Part shown: piece by piece, positions 35,983 through 46,615 of the stretch | Position numbering within the stretch: the stretch's first letter is position 1 | Layout of the letters: each line of letters opens with the position of its first letter | Assembly (NCBI GenBank): GCA_032718475.1 | Contig: JAUCBJ010004502.1 | Coordinates: 1 to 57,610 of the forward strand | Direction of reading: 5' to 3' | Length of the DNA: 57,610 nt | From: Nemertoderma westbladi | Lineage: Eukaryota; Animalia; Xenacoelomorpha | Made by a program: the position numbers and the translations under genes | Notes under the pieces: generated by a model | What the model was told of the DNA's origin: nothing | The model's database searches: none | Seen by the model: only the letters and a program-made list of their open reading frames with translations

Positions 35983-38583
35983 CTATTTCTTTCTCTGATA
36001 CGCCTTTCGTCTCTTCGCCCGTCGACTCTCATCGATCGCTATGGCTGGTAGAGGAGCATCAACATCCATCGTGAGTAACGCTTCGGCTTGTCTCCTGGCG
36101 GCTCTTCCTTTTGAAGGCATTGGGATCATGTCGATTCGTCTCTCCAACTCAGATTTGCGAGCCTCTAGGAACCATTCTCCGTCACCGAACTCCTCTTTAT
36201 ACGAGTATAATCGTCTAATGACTTCAAATGGACCGAATAATCCGGCGCTCAGTAGCAGATCCACGTAATGGAAAGGTAGCGTGGCCGACGTGTGGAGGCG
36301 TTCCGGGAAGGAGAAATATCCGCACGCCATCTCCTGCGCGATATTCCGAGCGTTTCTCCGAACCTTGGTCTTTAAGTGGCTGTTTGCGTATGTCTCAAAC
36401 ATGACCATATTGCCCATAGCGGTAACGTCTTTGGTTGGACATTTGATATAGCAGCGGGGGCTAGCGGAATGTCCACGGAAACCGCACGTGGTGCAGAGGT
36501 TATAAAGGATCGGACAGACGGAAACGTCGTGGCCCGATGTCGCGCAGTATGGGCAATAGAGTATCCCGAGGAGCTGGAGGCAAGAATCGGTAACCCGATT
36601 CCTTCTGCCGCGTGGGCACTGCTCCGAGCCGCAGTCGCCGCATACCTCCAACTGCGTCTCTCGACCGGGGAATATCGGAATCGGGACGCCGACGTAGTAT
36701 TCGAGTCGTCGGTCGCTCTTCGGAATATTCTCGGTGGTCGGTAGCCCGCGGAATGCTAGGCTTTTGCGTAATAGGTTCTCGCTCCGATAACCTTCTTTGT
36801 GTCCCGCTGGTCTCAACTCGGATGACCGTTTCTGGCGGTGGATCCATTCAGTTTGCTCGGCGTACCAATGGGTTAGTCGCATAGGGTCCTGAGGAACGGC
36901 GGGTGTAGTAGCCACCGCTGGTCGGTGAAGAGGTGCCGGGGTTTTCGACGGAGGGATACTGAGGAGATCGTCGGGGGTCGGCGCGTCGCTGGGGCCCTCC
37001 TCGATCAGTATCGCTGCGCGGGTCCGTTGGTGGCTGGTACTCGGAATCTCCGATGACCAATCTTCGCCACCCGGGAAAGGATACGGGGATAACCGTTGGC
37101 ATATGTCGCCGAAGTCGCTCAATGCAGCTGTAGTGGCTACCTCTCTCGCGGGGCTACCGGAGCCGCGTGGGGTGTAGACGCCTGCTTTCTTCATCGGTTC
37201 GGCCGAGGCAACCCGTTTGGCGGCCGGTCCATACGCGGCCTCCGGCTCGAGTTGTCGCTTCGGGGTGGAGAGTAGAACACCCTCGTTTAGCCATATCTCT
37301 TCCCCTTCCGAGGAGATCAGAGGCTCCTCCGCACCGAGAAGTTCGGTAATCGTAGGGATGTCGTAAGGTCCGCTCTCGTCCCAGGAATCGATAACGGCGG
37401 GTGTTTTCGATTCTCCCGGTGTAATGTTATCGACCGCTTTAAACGCGTTGTTTATAACCTCGTTCCAGTCGTAGTCGACGAAGGAAAGGGGGACCGCCGT
37501 AATAAGGTTATCGAGAGTTTTACAGATAAACTTAGCGACGGTGTAGCATTCCATAACGACGTAAACGTAGTTCCGTCGATCGGGATTCTCCCATCTTTGG
37601 TGTATCGTCCACTTCCGATCAACGTCCTTCCTTTGACCCTCTCGCTCGCTCTTTATTTCCAATCCCGGGTATCCACCGTATATTTTATTATAGTCCCGGA
37701 ATTTCTGGGGTTTGAAGTCGATACCGCCGTTGAGCACAGCGAGGTAGCCGATCCCTGATTTCGTCGGTCTCACCTCTTGGAATCCTCGCATGAACTCGGC
37801 GAATCGTAACCAGGCTAGCAGCGTTTGAGTGTCGATGCAATGGCTAAGGGCGTTGAGGTCGTCTCGTCGGTTTCTTCCTGTAGGAGCGTTCGCGTAGTCG
37901 TTCCGGACGTCTGCCTTGATATCCGACCCGATTTTAATGACGTCGAAGTCGAAGAGGATCTTTTGGATTTCCGGAGGCAGCAACCAGATCGCTCCGGCTA
38001 CCTGCACTTCCTGTCTGGGTGTCGGGAATATTCGGCACACCAGTACCAAACCGTCCAGGGTTCCGAGGACGACGACTAAGGATCGACCGTATTCTTTCGC
38101 CCCGTACTTTTCCTGGTAGTCGTCTCGGTTCTGGATAATCGATACGCGTTCCTCTCGAAGCGTCGCCGTACACTCCGACAGGTTTCCCCAGTGGGCGAGG
38201 TACGTACTCTTGTCGTCGACGAAACTTTGACATCTCGCCAACGTAATCGCTTTCGAGGTGGGCGTCGCGTTTCCCTCGTTGTCGTAGATCAAACATCGGG
38301 ATCTGTAGACGCTCTGCCGGAATGTTTCCCAAAACGACGAATCGTCCCCTCTGGTTGCCTTTGCGTTCCGAGTTCTTTTCAGTCTCGTACTAGCATCGGC
38401 TAACCGGAGGGCTCGTAGATTCTTAGAATCCGGTCCCTCTCGCCCGGTGAATTTAATGACTCGCACGTTCTCATTTAGCAGGGTGCTCCAATTTGTATCA
38501 AAGTCAGGGGATCCAGGTTGCGAATATTCCAGTAGATCTATCGTGTTACGTAATTCACCGATAATTTGGCGATTTGGGTCCAT
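35983..38583 (-). CDS. ORF3 of element B: DEDD(y)-like 3'-5' exonuclease domain, disordered linker, CCHC zinc knuckles (866 aa)
   Basis: Intact ORF. ExoI LIYD101NE103G, LPPEIQKIL...IKIGSDIKAD225 (ExoII), CIDTQ, W331...Y341VVME345 (ExoIII-like); knuckles CPYCATSGHDVSVC and CTTCGFRGHSASPRC. Confidence 0.85.
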   Translation of the reverse strand: MDPNRQIIGELRNTIDLLEYSQPGSPDFDTNWSTLLNENVRVIKFTGREGPDSKNLRALRLADASTRLKRTRNAKATRGDDSSFWETFRQSVYRSRCLIYDNEGNATPTSKAITLARCQSFVDDKSTYLAHWGNLSECTATLREERVSIIQNRDDYQEKYGAKEYGRSLVVVLGTLDGLVLVCRIFPTPRQEVQVAGAIWLLPPEIQKILFDFDVIKIGSDIKADVRNDYANAPTGRNRRDDLNALSHCIDTQTLLAWLRFAEFMRGFQEVRPTKSGIGYLAVLNGGIDFKPQKFRDYNKIYGGYPGLEIKSEREGQRKDVDRKWTIHQRWENPDRRNYVYVVMECYTVAKFICKTLDNLITAVPLSFVDYDWNEVINNAFKAVDNITPGESKTPAVIDSWDESGPYDIPTITELLGAEEPLISSEGEEIWLNEGVLLSTPKRQLEPEAAYGPAAKRVASAEPMKKAGVYTPRGSGSPAREVATTAALSDFGDICQRLSPYPFPGGEDWSSEIPSTSHQRTRAAILIEEGPSDAPTPDDLLSIPPSKTPAPLHRPAVATTPAVPQDPMRLTHWYAEQTEWIHRQKRSSELRPAGHKEGYRSENLLRKSLAFRGLPTTENIPKSDRRLEYYVGVPIPIFPGRETQLEVCGDCGSEQCPRGRRNRVTDSCLQLLGILYCPYCATSGHDVSVCPILYNLCTTCGFRGHSASPRCYIKCPTKDVTAMGNMVMFETYANSHLKTKVRRNARNIAQEMACGYFSFPERLHTSATLPFHYVDLLLSAGLFGPFEVIRRLYSYKEEFGDGEWFLEARKSELERRIDMIPMPSKGRAARRQAEALLTMDVDAPLPAIAIDESRRAKRRKAYQRKK

Positions 38584-39129
38584 ATTTACGATTATATCCG
38601 TTACAAATTAGATCAGTTAATTATAAGTCCAGAAAGTCTGAAACTATAGCGATAGCAGAATAATTCAGTTTTTTATTTAATTCAGTTTATTAATAACATT
38701 GCTATATAGGCATCTATCATCTTATTGCTAATACATTCAGCATTTACAGTTACTATAGCTATACATTAATATCCAACCAGTTTTTTATGACTTTTTTGTC
38801 CTTTTCTTTTTTCTAATTCTTTTCTTTAGACCTTTTTATACCTTTTTTTTGTCTTTTTTCATTTCATTATTATTTCATCTCATTTCATTTATTTCCACAT
38901 ATTTCAACACATTTATTTCCACCATTTATTTCACATTTATTTATTTCCACATCATCATTGGGTTTATAGCCCCCCGGCTATCATCATTTGTTATAAGCGC
39001 AACACCAGGGTGCGCATCATTACATTTTCATCAGTATACGCGTCATCATTCAGGTTTATAGTAGAGTTGTCTGATCCTTTTCATCGTTTCCAACAATATT
39101 CAATCATTTTCTTTGGTTAATCTTTGTCG

Positions 39130-39560
39130 TGGAAGGGGTGTTACGCGGCAATCTTGGATCTACAGCTGGACTCTTTACACCGCCTACGCCCCAAACTGCG
39201 CACGTAACGGACAATTACGACGCTGGGAGTGAAGTCACGTGGATGCACCAGGGACCCACCAGAATAACACTCCCAACAACATAAAGCTCAGTCGACGAAG
39301 TCATGTGGGATGGGGTTACGCAACATTCTGGGATCTACAGCTGGACTCGTTACACCGCCTACGCCCCAAAATCCATGCAACGGTCCCACCAGAATAACGC
39401 GACTGAGAAACATAAAACCCTCTATCGTCGAAGTCACGTGGATGCACCATGGACCCACCAGAATAACGGGATAGAGGGGGTGTTGCGCGGCAATCCAGGA
39501 TCTACAGCTGGACTCATTACACCGCCTACGCCCCGAACTGCGCACGCAACGGACAACATA
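39130..39560. repeat. ~170-bp degenerate tandem repeat (about 3 copies) between pol and ORF3
   Basis: GGATCTACAGCTGGACTCnTTACACCGCCTACGCCCC at ~39156, 39331 and 39498; GAAGTCACGTGGATGCACCA at ~39231 and 39430. Confidence 0.85.
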
Positions 39561-39830
39561 ACATACTGCAATGAATACAATGAATTCCACTTCAAATCTT
39601 TTCCATTTCCAATAATCCAATATCGTTGGTCCCAATGACCAAAATCAGGGTAAACAATACATAAACGACCCTGTTTCAGTCGAAACATCTGCAGGGTGAT
39701 GCTCGACTCCACATAACACACGAGGAAACACAAATACCATTGCGTGGTTACAGTTGGTTTAAGGGGGGTCCATAATTCGTTGTCGATAAATCACAGTTTA
39801 AAAAGAGTTTGTCAACATTATGAGAAGGGT

Positions 39831-42800
39831 TTAAACGCATTTGTAATTGTCACCAATGTCTGCAGCAGGATCCGTAGTAGGGAACTTATCACCTCTTGTA
39901 GAATCACCACTGTCATTGCCTTCAAGGAGGCACAGCTTCTGGATGGGGCGTTGGTAGTGGCCCGATTTCGTTCGTATCGTCACAGTCCTCGCAAGTCCGT
40001 CTTTGCTTGGGTGTATGGTCACGACCCGCGCCACAGGCCAGTGAACGCGGTCTTTGAGATCTTCTTTAACTAGTACCATGTCGCCAACTGCGACGTTCCG
40101 GTAGGTGTTGTTCCATTTCCTCCTGGTCCGGAGGGTTATGAGGTACTCCTGGGCCCAAATTCTCCACCAATGCGCTGCCAACACTTGGGCCTTTTTCCAG
40201 TTTGTATGTTTCGCGATCTCGTTGGGATCCGGGAACATGGTTTCCGGGAGGAGGTGGGTTTTGGGTCTCCCCAGTAAGTGGTTAGGAGTGAGGGGTTCCA
40301 GGTCTGTGGGGTCGTTGCGGATAGGAACAATGGGTCGGTTGTTCAGGGTAGCCGTGATCTCGCAGAATGTTGTGCGGAGGGTGTCATGGGTTACCCGGGT
40401 ATCGCCTAGAGCGATGCGCATGGATCGTTTCACTAGGTCGATCAGTTTCTCCCATACCCCGCTCGTATGGGGTGCTAAGGGGGTCTGGAAGTGCCACTGT
40501 ATCTGGTGTTCCTTCCAGACTTGGGATGCAGTGTTATCGGTAAACCATCCCTCGATCGCCTCTCTAAGTTCTCTTTCTCCTCCCACAAAGTTTGTACCAT
40601 TATCGGAATACATGTGGCGGCATGTCCCGTTGTTCGCCACGAACCGACGCAGAGCGTTGATGAATGCGTGTTGTGTCAGATTTACCACGATATCTAGGTA
40701 AATTGCCCTAGACCTTAGGCAGGTGAAGATGGCTCCCCAGCATTTGATGTTGGATCGTCGTTCAATAACCGTGAACGGTCCGAAACAGTCCACTCCGGTG
40801 ACGTAGAATGGTGGGGAATCCGCTTGTAGACGGGTGGCTGGTAAGTTGGCCATCTTTTGGGTGATTGGTGGCGCTAGGTAACGTCTGCAGGTGAAGCAAC
40901 GTTTCAACACTTTCCGGATCAGTGGCTGGATGTGGGTGATCCAATATCTTTGTCTTATATTAGCTATAATCCAATTCTGTCCTGCGTGGTGGTTGTCCTC
41001 GTGACATTGTAGAATTAATAGCTTAGCTAGTGTCGACGTTCTGGGCAGAAGCGCCGGGTATTTAACCTCATATTCGACCGGGGCGTTTGCCATCCGGGTA
41101 TTCAGTCGGATCAGTCCGTCCTCTCCCATCATTGGTCTCAGTTGGTAGACTGGGCTGTCCGGTTTCAACGTTTTGCCCGCACTAAGTTGTTCCCATTCAT
41201 CGGGGAAACTTTCTTTCTGGACATATCTAACAATACACTTCTCCGCAATAATGAGTTCTTGTATATTCCGTTGAACTATCGGTTTGTTGTTTTTCCACCG
41301 TAGGAAGTTGCGAAGGGTTATAACGTGATAGACGAGCCGTCTCATGGATGAAGTTCGCTCGATCAACTGATGTAAAGACGCCGCTAGTTGGGTGATCGTC
41401 GCGACGTTATAGTGCCTGCCCGAGTCCTTTGCAGGCTCAGTCAGACAACTATAAATTTCCACCGCGTTGCTTCGATGGACTTTACGGATCTCTTTATCGT
41501 CCTCGTAGTATTTTCCGCTATCGAGCTCGGGGTCGAATCGGGTACTCCATGTTAATTGTGGTTGCTGTAGGAATTCCGGGCCTGTAAGCCAGAGTTTACT
41601 TTTACCGAGTTGTTTTGGGGTGGCGCCTCGGCTTGATAAGTCCACTGGGTTTTCCTTCCCGTTCACGTGATGCCACTGTTCTCGGCCAGTACACTGTTTA
41701 ATCTCCATGGCTCGGTTTGCAACAAACGTGGTGTGACGCCGTGATGGAGAGTGGAGATAATAGAGAACTATACTCGAATCTACCCAGAAGTGTTGAGATT
41801 CTATGGGGATCCGTAGATTCCGCATGACCATGCGATTCTGTCTTACTGCCCAAACTGCAGCTTGTAGCTCGAGTCTCGGAATCGTTGCTACGAATTCCCC
41901 GGATACTGTCTTTGCTTTGGAGAATAAGAAGCTTGTATCGCCGTTTCCATCGTTACTTAGTCTCCGTAAGAAGGTGACTACGCCGATTCCGGTATTCGAA
42001 GCATCCGAAAAGGTGTGGAGCTGGAAGATATCGGTGGGCAATTTATCGAGGAAGAACGGTCTAGGTATCCGCATAAGATGTAGGTGTTCGAGCTGCTCCG
42101 TCCATTTTCTCCATTTGACGCTGAGGTATGGGGGGAGCTCTTCGTCCCATCCCAGTCCTTCTATCCACATTTCCTTAATCAGGTTCATTCCGGCCAAGGT
42201 TACTGGAGATATGAAATTTAGTGGGTCGAAGATGGCGCTTTTTATCGACAAACATCCCCTTTTTGTCATAGGCTTGGGCAGGGGTTTATATTTGAAGATG
42301 AATTCGTCTGATTCTATGTCCCATTCAATCCCAAGTACACGATGTTCCACATCCTCTGAATACATTTTGTTATTTTCCAGCCGGATGTCCTCCGGAAACT
42401 TTTCCATAAGTGTTTTGTCGTGGGATCTGAACTTCACGAGCGGAAACCCTCCTTTCTTTAGACATTCTACCATTCCCATTGCTAGCTGATATGCCTCATC
42501 CACATTGTCCGCGCCGGCGCATCCGTCGTCTACGTAGAAGCATCGTTGAATGGTTTCTATGACGGTTGGAGGGAACTCGTTTTTGCACATAGTTGCCGTC
42601 CTCTTTAGCATGTCGCTGCATGCTACCGGCGAGTCCTTAGCGCCGAAGATCCTGACGACCATACGCATTACGTCTACGTCCTTTATCGTGAATTGGCTAA
42701 TCTCCTGTTGAGTAAGCGTTTTATCCGTCCATAGGATACGTAGACAGTCCGAGTCTCTTGGTAACGTACGAACTTGATGAAACATGGCCTTGATGTCACA

Positions 42801-43187
42801 GGTGAATGCTACCTGGTTTTCCCTGAACCTGATCAATACGCCAATGAGTGTGCTATATATGTTGGGTCCCGTGTAAATTTGACTGTTTAGGGATTCGCCC
42901 TGGTACATAGCGGCAGCATCATTTACCACTCGGATTTTCCCACCTTTGCGGGCTTCTACTACATAGTGGGTTGGGAGATAATATGTTCTTTCACCACCTT
43001 GCAGTTCATTCCGTGGTACCATTTCTGCTAATCCATCATCGAGATATCCTTGGATTACGGTATTATATTTCTCCTTTATCTCGGGTTGGTCATTCAGCCG
43101 GCGTAGAATCCCTTTAAGTCGCCTAAGTGCCATGCTGGCGTTGTTTGCCATTGGTTTGTTTGGATCCTTCCATAACATGAACACCAA
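39831..43187 (-). CDS. pol of element B: RT, Pao-type RNaseH, integrase
   Basis: YYLPTH, DIKAMFHQV, FYVDD; FSDAS, TIPRLEL, WVDS; HEDNHH...CFTC, GVDCFGP, YSDNGTNF, GVWEKL. Separated from gag-PR by a one-base frameshift. Confidence 0.95.
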   Translation of the reverse strand: MVFMLWKDPNKPMANNASMALRRLKGILRRLNDQPEIKEKYNTVIQGYLDDGLAEMVPRNELQGGERTYYLPTHYVVEARKGGKIRVVNDAAAMYQGESLNSQIYTGPNIYSTLIGVLIRFRENQVAFTCDIKAMFHQVRTLPRDSDCLRILWTDKTLTQQEISQFTIKDVDVMRMVVRIFGAKDSPVACSDMLKRTATMCKNEFPPTVIETIQRCFYVDDGCAGADNVDEAYQLAMGMVECLKKGGFPLVKFRSHDKTLMEKFPEDIRLENNKMYSEDVEHRVLGIEWDIESDEFIFKYKPLPKPMTKRGCLSIKSAIFDPLNFISPVTLAGMNLIKEMWIEGLGWDEELPPYLSVKWRKWTEQLEHLHLMRIPRPFFLDKLPTDIFQLHTFSDASNTGIGVVTFLRRLSNDGNGDTSFLFSKAKTVSGEFVATIPRLELQAAVWAVRQNRMVMRNLRIPIESQHFWVDSSIVLYYLHSPSRRHTTFVANRAMEIKQCTGREQWHHVNGKENPVDLSSRGATPKQLGKSKLWLTGPEFLQQPQLTWSTRFDPELDSGKYYEDDKEIRKVHRSNAVEIYSCLTEPAKDSGRHYNVATITQLAASLHQLIERTSSMRRLVYHVITLRNFLRWKNNKPIVQRNIQELIIAEKCIVRYVQKESFPDEWEQLSAGKTLKPDSPVYQLRPMMGEDGLIRLNTRMANAPVEYEVKYPALLPRTSTLAKLLILQCHEDNHHAGQNWIIANIRQRYWITHIQPLIRKVLKRCFTCRRYLAPPITQKMANLPATRLQADSPPFYVTGVDCFGPFTVIERRSNIKCWGAIFTCLRSRAIYLDIVVNLTQHAFINALRRFVANNGTCRHMYSDNGTNFVGGERELREAIEGWFTDNTASQVWKEHQIQWHFQTPLAPHTSGVWEKLIDLVKRSMRIALGDTRVTHDTLRTTFCEITATLNNRPIVPIRNDPTDLEPLTPNHLLGRPKTHLLPETMFPDPNEIAKHTNWKKAQVLAAHWWRIWAQEYLITLRTRRKWNNTYRNVAVGDMVLVKEDLKDRVHWPVARVVTIHPSKDGLARTVTIRTKSGHYQRPIQKLCLLEGNDSGDSTRGDKFPTTDPAADIGDNYKCV

Positions 43188-46100
43188 TGTCCGTCTTTAA
43201 ACGTGGCCTGGTCGAGAACGTCCATACAGTATTGGTCCTCTTTGGATGGGTTTTCATCCTTTTCCGCGAACTCCTGGGTCTCCAAATTAAAATATTTCGT
43301 CATCTCTCGTTGGGTTTTCTCGGTTTCCAGAAACAAATCCTCGTCAAGATCTGAAGCTGAGCAATAACCCACAGAGGTTACATTCTCTTTAATCTGACAT
43401 TTAGGAAGGTAGGTATAGGTGTCCGTAGTTTCCTCCTTAATGCTGCAGAGTGTCCATCCCATTATTGTTCGTTCAGCATAAAATCCATCATCCTGGTTTA
43501 TAGATCGAGCGATATCTCTGGTGGGGATGTGTAGTTCTGGTGTATCAAGTCCAATCAGTAGGGTGATACGGTTCACGTCCAACTGCGGACACCTCAGGTC
43601 TACATCGTCTCGGTCTAATTGTATGAGGGGGGCGTACTCGGCTGATTGTCGGAACCGCACCCGGAGGTCTGTGTGTACCAAGGCGTTCTTGATAGTTAAC
43701 TTAGCCGTTTCGTAGCCCTTCATCACTCCTTCCATCTGGAGTTGTACCTCCCCGGACTCTACATCTCTGTTATCGGTGATGGTTTGTATGGGCCGTTTAC
43801 AAGGTTCATATTCTAGGCCGAGTTGCTCGAGGAAATCCCGGTCGATGATGGTTCCGTCAGACCCGTTATCGAGGAACGCGAGTGTCGTCAAGGATTTGCT
43901 GACTCCTTGGATCCTTACTGGGATTACCTTTGCGAAAACCATGTAGCGGCGATTTATAAGATTAATCGTGGCCGAAATATTGGTTACTTGTGATGTATCG
44001 GTGGAGATCTTAAACGGGTTGGTTTCTCTCCGTTGGGTTGTCCAGGTTCCTTTGAAGATGTGGTTTGTTTCTCCTCTTCGCCTGGCTTCGATCCGAAAGG
44101 GGAGGGTAGTAAAATCGAAGTTCGCGGGGATGTGGAGGAGCGTGTGATGGCGTTGGTCGTTACAGACAGTACAGCATGATCTTTGGTCGCACTCCCGAAC
44201 ATAGTGACCTGTTCCAAGACACTGGAAGCATCCTCGGTGTTTCATTATCGCCTCAAAGCGTGGGACGAGTTCGGCGAACTGAAACTTTCTGCAGAATTCC
44301 ACTTTGTGTTTCTCCCCACAGAAGAGACAGAGCAGGGAATTTGTGATGCCTTCCCTTTTGGGTGCCCAACTCGCGAGATAACATGCCCATTCCTCGGCGG
44401 ATGTCGGTTCCTCGTAGTCTTCGTCGTCGGAATCCTCGGCCATGGTAATGGCCATCGTTCTTACCGGTGGGGGGCGGAATCTCGGTTTCGGAGGGGTTAT
44501 CTTACTCCTGGAGTTGCTCTCTATTCCGTCCAACTTTGCGAGACTTTGTTTTGAAAACATCGAGTCATTCATGGCTTCGGAGATATCGTCCAGGAATGCC
44601 GACATTTCAAGGAAGCTAGGATCTCGATCTGGATGTCTGCGCCGGAGATCTACACATTTATAAGCCCACTTACTTTGTAGCCATCCGGGGAACTTCTTGG
44701 CGATCTGTCGGAGGTTTAGAATGTTGTTCACCTGGTCCTCCTTATTTAAGGGTTTCAAAGTATAGTATGCATCCTTCATAGAGTCGGAGAATTCCTGTAT
44801 GTTCTGTGGGTCCCCTAGTGATCCCGCGTCCTGTATCAGTCTCTCTAGAGTTTTATTAATTATAGTTCCGGTATTTCCGTATCTTTTATCTAGGGTTTTC
44901 CATGCGTCATAGTATGCCTCATGAGAACCTCCTTCAAAACATGCAACAATTCTGCGTGGTTTGTCACCCAGGTATTGCGATAAATATACCAATTTCTGTG
45001 CGTCGGCTATGTCCGTTGATCCGATCTGCGCAAAGAACCGTTTCTTGAATCTGAGGTAATCGACGGGATCTCCTTCGAAGGTGCGAATCTCCATCTTAGG
45101 CATGGCAAGGCGGTTCTCCAATGCCCGGATGATGCTGACGTCGTCTGAACTAGAGTGACTCGGAGGGTTATAGTTATTGGCACTCACTCCCATACTTGAT
45201 GGATCAATAATAGGTGGAGTTTTAATAATGACGCGGCTACGAGTTTGTGGTGTGGATGTAAATGGGTTGTTAGATCGGGGAGTGGCGTCCCGTTCCGAGT
45301 CCCTTTCAGGCTCGTACTTGGGTACACTCGCTGTCGTGGTGTTGGATGGGAAATAAGGTTCCTCATTCTTTAGCGTAGCTGGTGGGGGATGGAACACCGG
45401 GGCTTGTGCCGATAGCGTAGACTGTTTGGTAGGCGGGATCTCGGGTTTCGGAGGTTTCGCCGCTGTTGGTGTAAATGACTTTTCTAACTCCGGTACCGGA
45501 ATTGGTTCATATTCCTGATCTATATCCCTTTCCCAGTCCTCGTAGAGTTGAATATCTCGTTCGATAAGTGCGGCTTCGTATTCTGCGAGTTTTGCAATGT
45601 CCGCATTCTTTTTGTGGATGAGAATTGCTTGGGCCTCGGCGTGTTGTTTACGCATTTCCGCTTCCCATTTACGTTGTTCGATCTCTCGTTCGGCCTCTCG
45701 TCCACGTTGTTCGGCCTCCTGTTTGCGTTGTTCGGCCTGCCGTTCGTCCTCCCGTCTATGTTGTTCGGCCTCCTGTTTGCGTTGTTCGGCCTGTCGTTCG
45801 TCCTCCCGTCTATGTTGTTCGGCCTCTCGTCTATGTTGTTCGGCCTGTCGTTCGGCCTCTCGTCTATGTTGTTCGGCCTCCTGTTCACGTTGTTCGGCCT
45901 GCCGTTCGGCCTCTCGTCTATGTTGTTCGGCCTCCTGTTCACGTTGTTCGGCCTGCCGTTCGGCCGCTTGTTCGGCCTCTCGCTTTTGTGTTTCGGCGGC
46001 TAATACATCTTGCTCAGCTTGCAGTTGAATATACTCATCTTCCATCCGAGCTTTGAGGGCTAATGCCTTCCGTTCTCGCAGTTGGTCTCGGAGTGGCGGC

Positions 46101-46615
46101 GCCCCTTGAGAACTGCGCGCCGAGCCGGATATCTCGCTCCTAGCGCTGGAGTGCTGATTTCTAGCGGACCCCGTTCTCTTTCTATGTACTGCTGTCCTGA
46201 TGCTGAAGGATCGTACTGATTCCGCGTCAGCCCTCTTGTAATACTGTTCCTCATAGCCTCTCACAAGGCTGAGGGTCCTCCGGTGTTGTTTGCGGAACCC
46301 ATCTAGATGTACAACGTGTTCTTCCAACTTGGGGTAGTTTTCCTGATCGGTGGGGGGAACGAGCTCTTGGTACGCCTGTATCATTCTTTCGTACCGCTGT
46401 AGGATATTTCGGATACTTTGAAGCTGAGTTTGTACCTCATTGAGGGGGGTTTTGACTCCCTTGAGTTGTTTCTCCATCCGTTGATACGCTCGGGTTACTC
46501 CGCCTTTAAGCACCCCTAACCGACGGGTCATGTTCTTGACGTTTGGTACCTCGTCGGCTTCCGAGTCTGTGTGGTGATCCATCTCGTCGGTATCGGATAC
46601 GTTATTTGTTGTCAT
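43094..46615 (-). CDS. gag-protease of element B
   Basis: EQ/R-rich coiled-coil repeats, TFEGDPVDYLRF gag core, three Cys/His knuckles, AFLDNGS protease. Confidence 0.95.
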   Translation of the reverse strand: MTTNNVSDTDEMDHHTDSEADEVPNVKNMTRRLGVLKGGVTRAYQRMEKQLKGVKTPLNEVQTQLQSIRNILQRYERMIQAYQELVPPTDQENYPKLEEHVVHLDGFRKQHRRTLSLVRGYEEQYYKRADAESVRSFSIRTAVHRKRTGSARNQHSSARSEISGSARSSQGAPPLRDQLRERKALALKARMEDEYIQLQAEQDVLAAETQKREAEQAAERQAEQREQEAEQHRREAERQAEQREQEAEQHRREAERQAEQHRREAEQHRREDERQAEQRKQEAEQHRREDERQAEQRKQEAEQRGREAEREIEQRKWEAEMRKQHAEAQAILIHKKNADIAKLAEYEAALIERDIQLYEDWERDIDQEYEPIPVPELEKSFTPTAAKPPKPEIPPTKQSTLSAQAPVFHPPPATLKNEEPYFPSNTTTASVPKYEPERDSERDATPRSNNPFTSTPQTRSRVIIKTPPIIDPSSMGVSANNYNPPSHSSSDDVSIIRALENRLAMPKMEIRTFEGDPVDYLRFKKRFFAQIGSTDIADAQKLVYLSQYLGDKPRRIVACFEGGSHEAYYDAWKTLDKRYGNTGTIINKTLERLIQDAGSLGDPQNIQEFSDSMKDAYYTLKPLNKEDQVNNILNLRQIAKKFPGWLQSKWAYKCVDLRRRHPDRDPSFLEMSAFLDDISEAMNDSMFSKQSLAKLDGIESNSRSKITPPKPRFRPPPVRTMAITMAEDSDDEDYEEPTSAEEWACYLASWAPKREGITNSLLCLFCGEKHKVEFCRKFQFAELVPRFEAIMKHRGCFQCLGTGHYVRECDQRSCCTVCNDQRHHTLLHIPANFDFTTLPFRIEARRRGETNHIFKGTWTTQRRETNPFKISTDTSQVTNISATINLINRRYMVFAKVIPVRIQGVSKSLTTLAFLDNGSDGTIIDRDFLEQLGLEYEPCKRPIQTITDNRDVESGEVQLQMEGVMKGYETAKLTIKNALVHTDLRVRFRQSAEYAPLIQLDRDDVDLRCPQLDVNRITLLIGLDTPELHIPTRDIARSINQDDGFYAERTIMGWTLCSIKEETTDTYTYLPKCQIKENVTSVGYCSASDLDEDLFLETEKTQREMTKYFNLETQEFAEKDENPSKEDQYCMDVLDQATFKDGHWCSCYGRIQTNQWQTTPAWHLGDLKGFYAG

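Noticed and set aside
35983-38583. env gene
   Set aside because: No signal peptide or transmembrane segment; nuclease and zinc-knuckle motifs instead.
43170-43210. Programmed -1 frameshift between protease and RT of element B
   Set aside because: TTTAAAG is not in X XXY YYZ register with the upstream frame and the -1 frame has a stop there. One missing G in CAT TGG (G)TG TTC explains it, as a mutation or sequencing error.
45520-46056. Four overlapping 140-150 aa repetitive ORFs
   Set aside because: Shadow frames of the tandem coiled-coil repeats in gag of element B.
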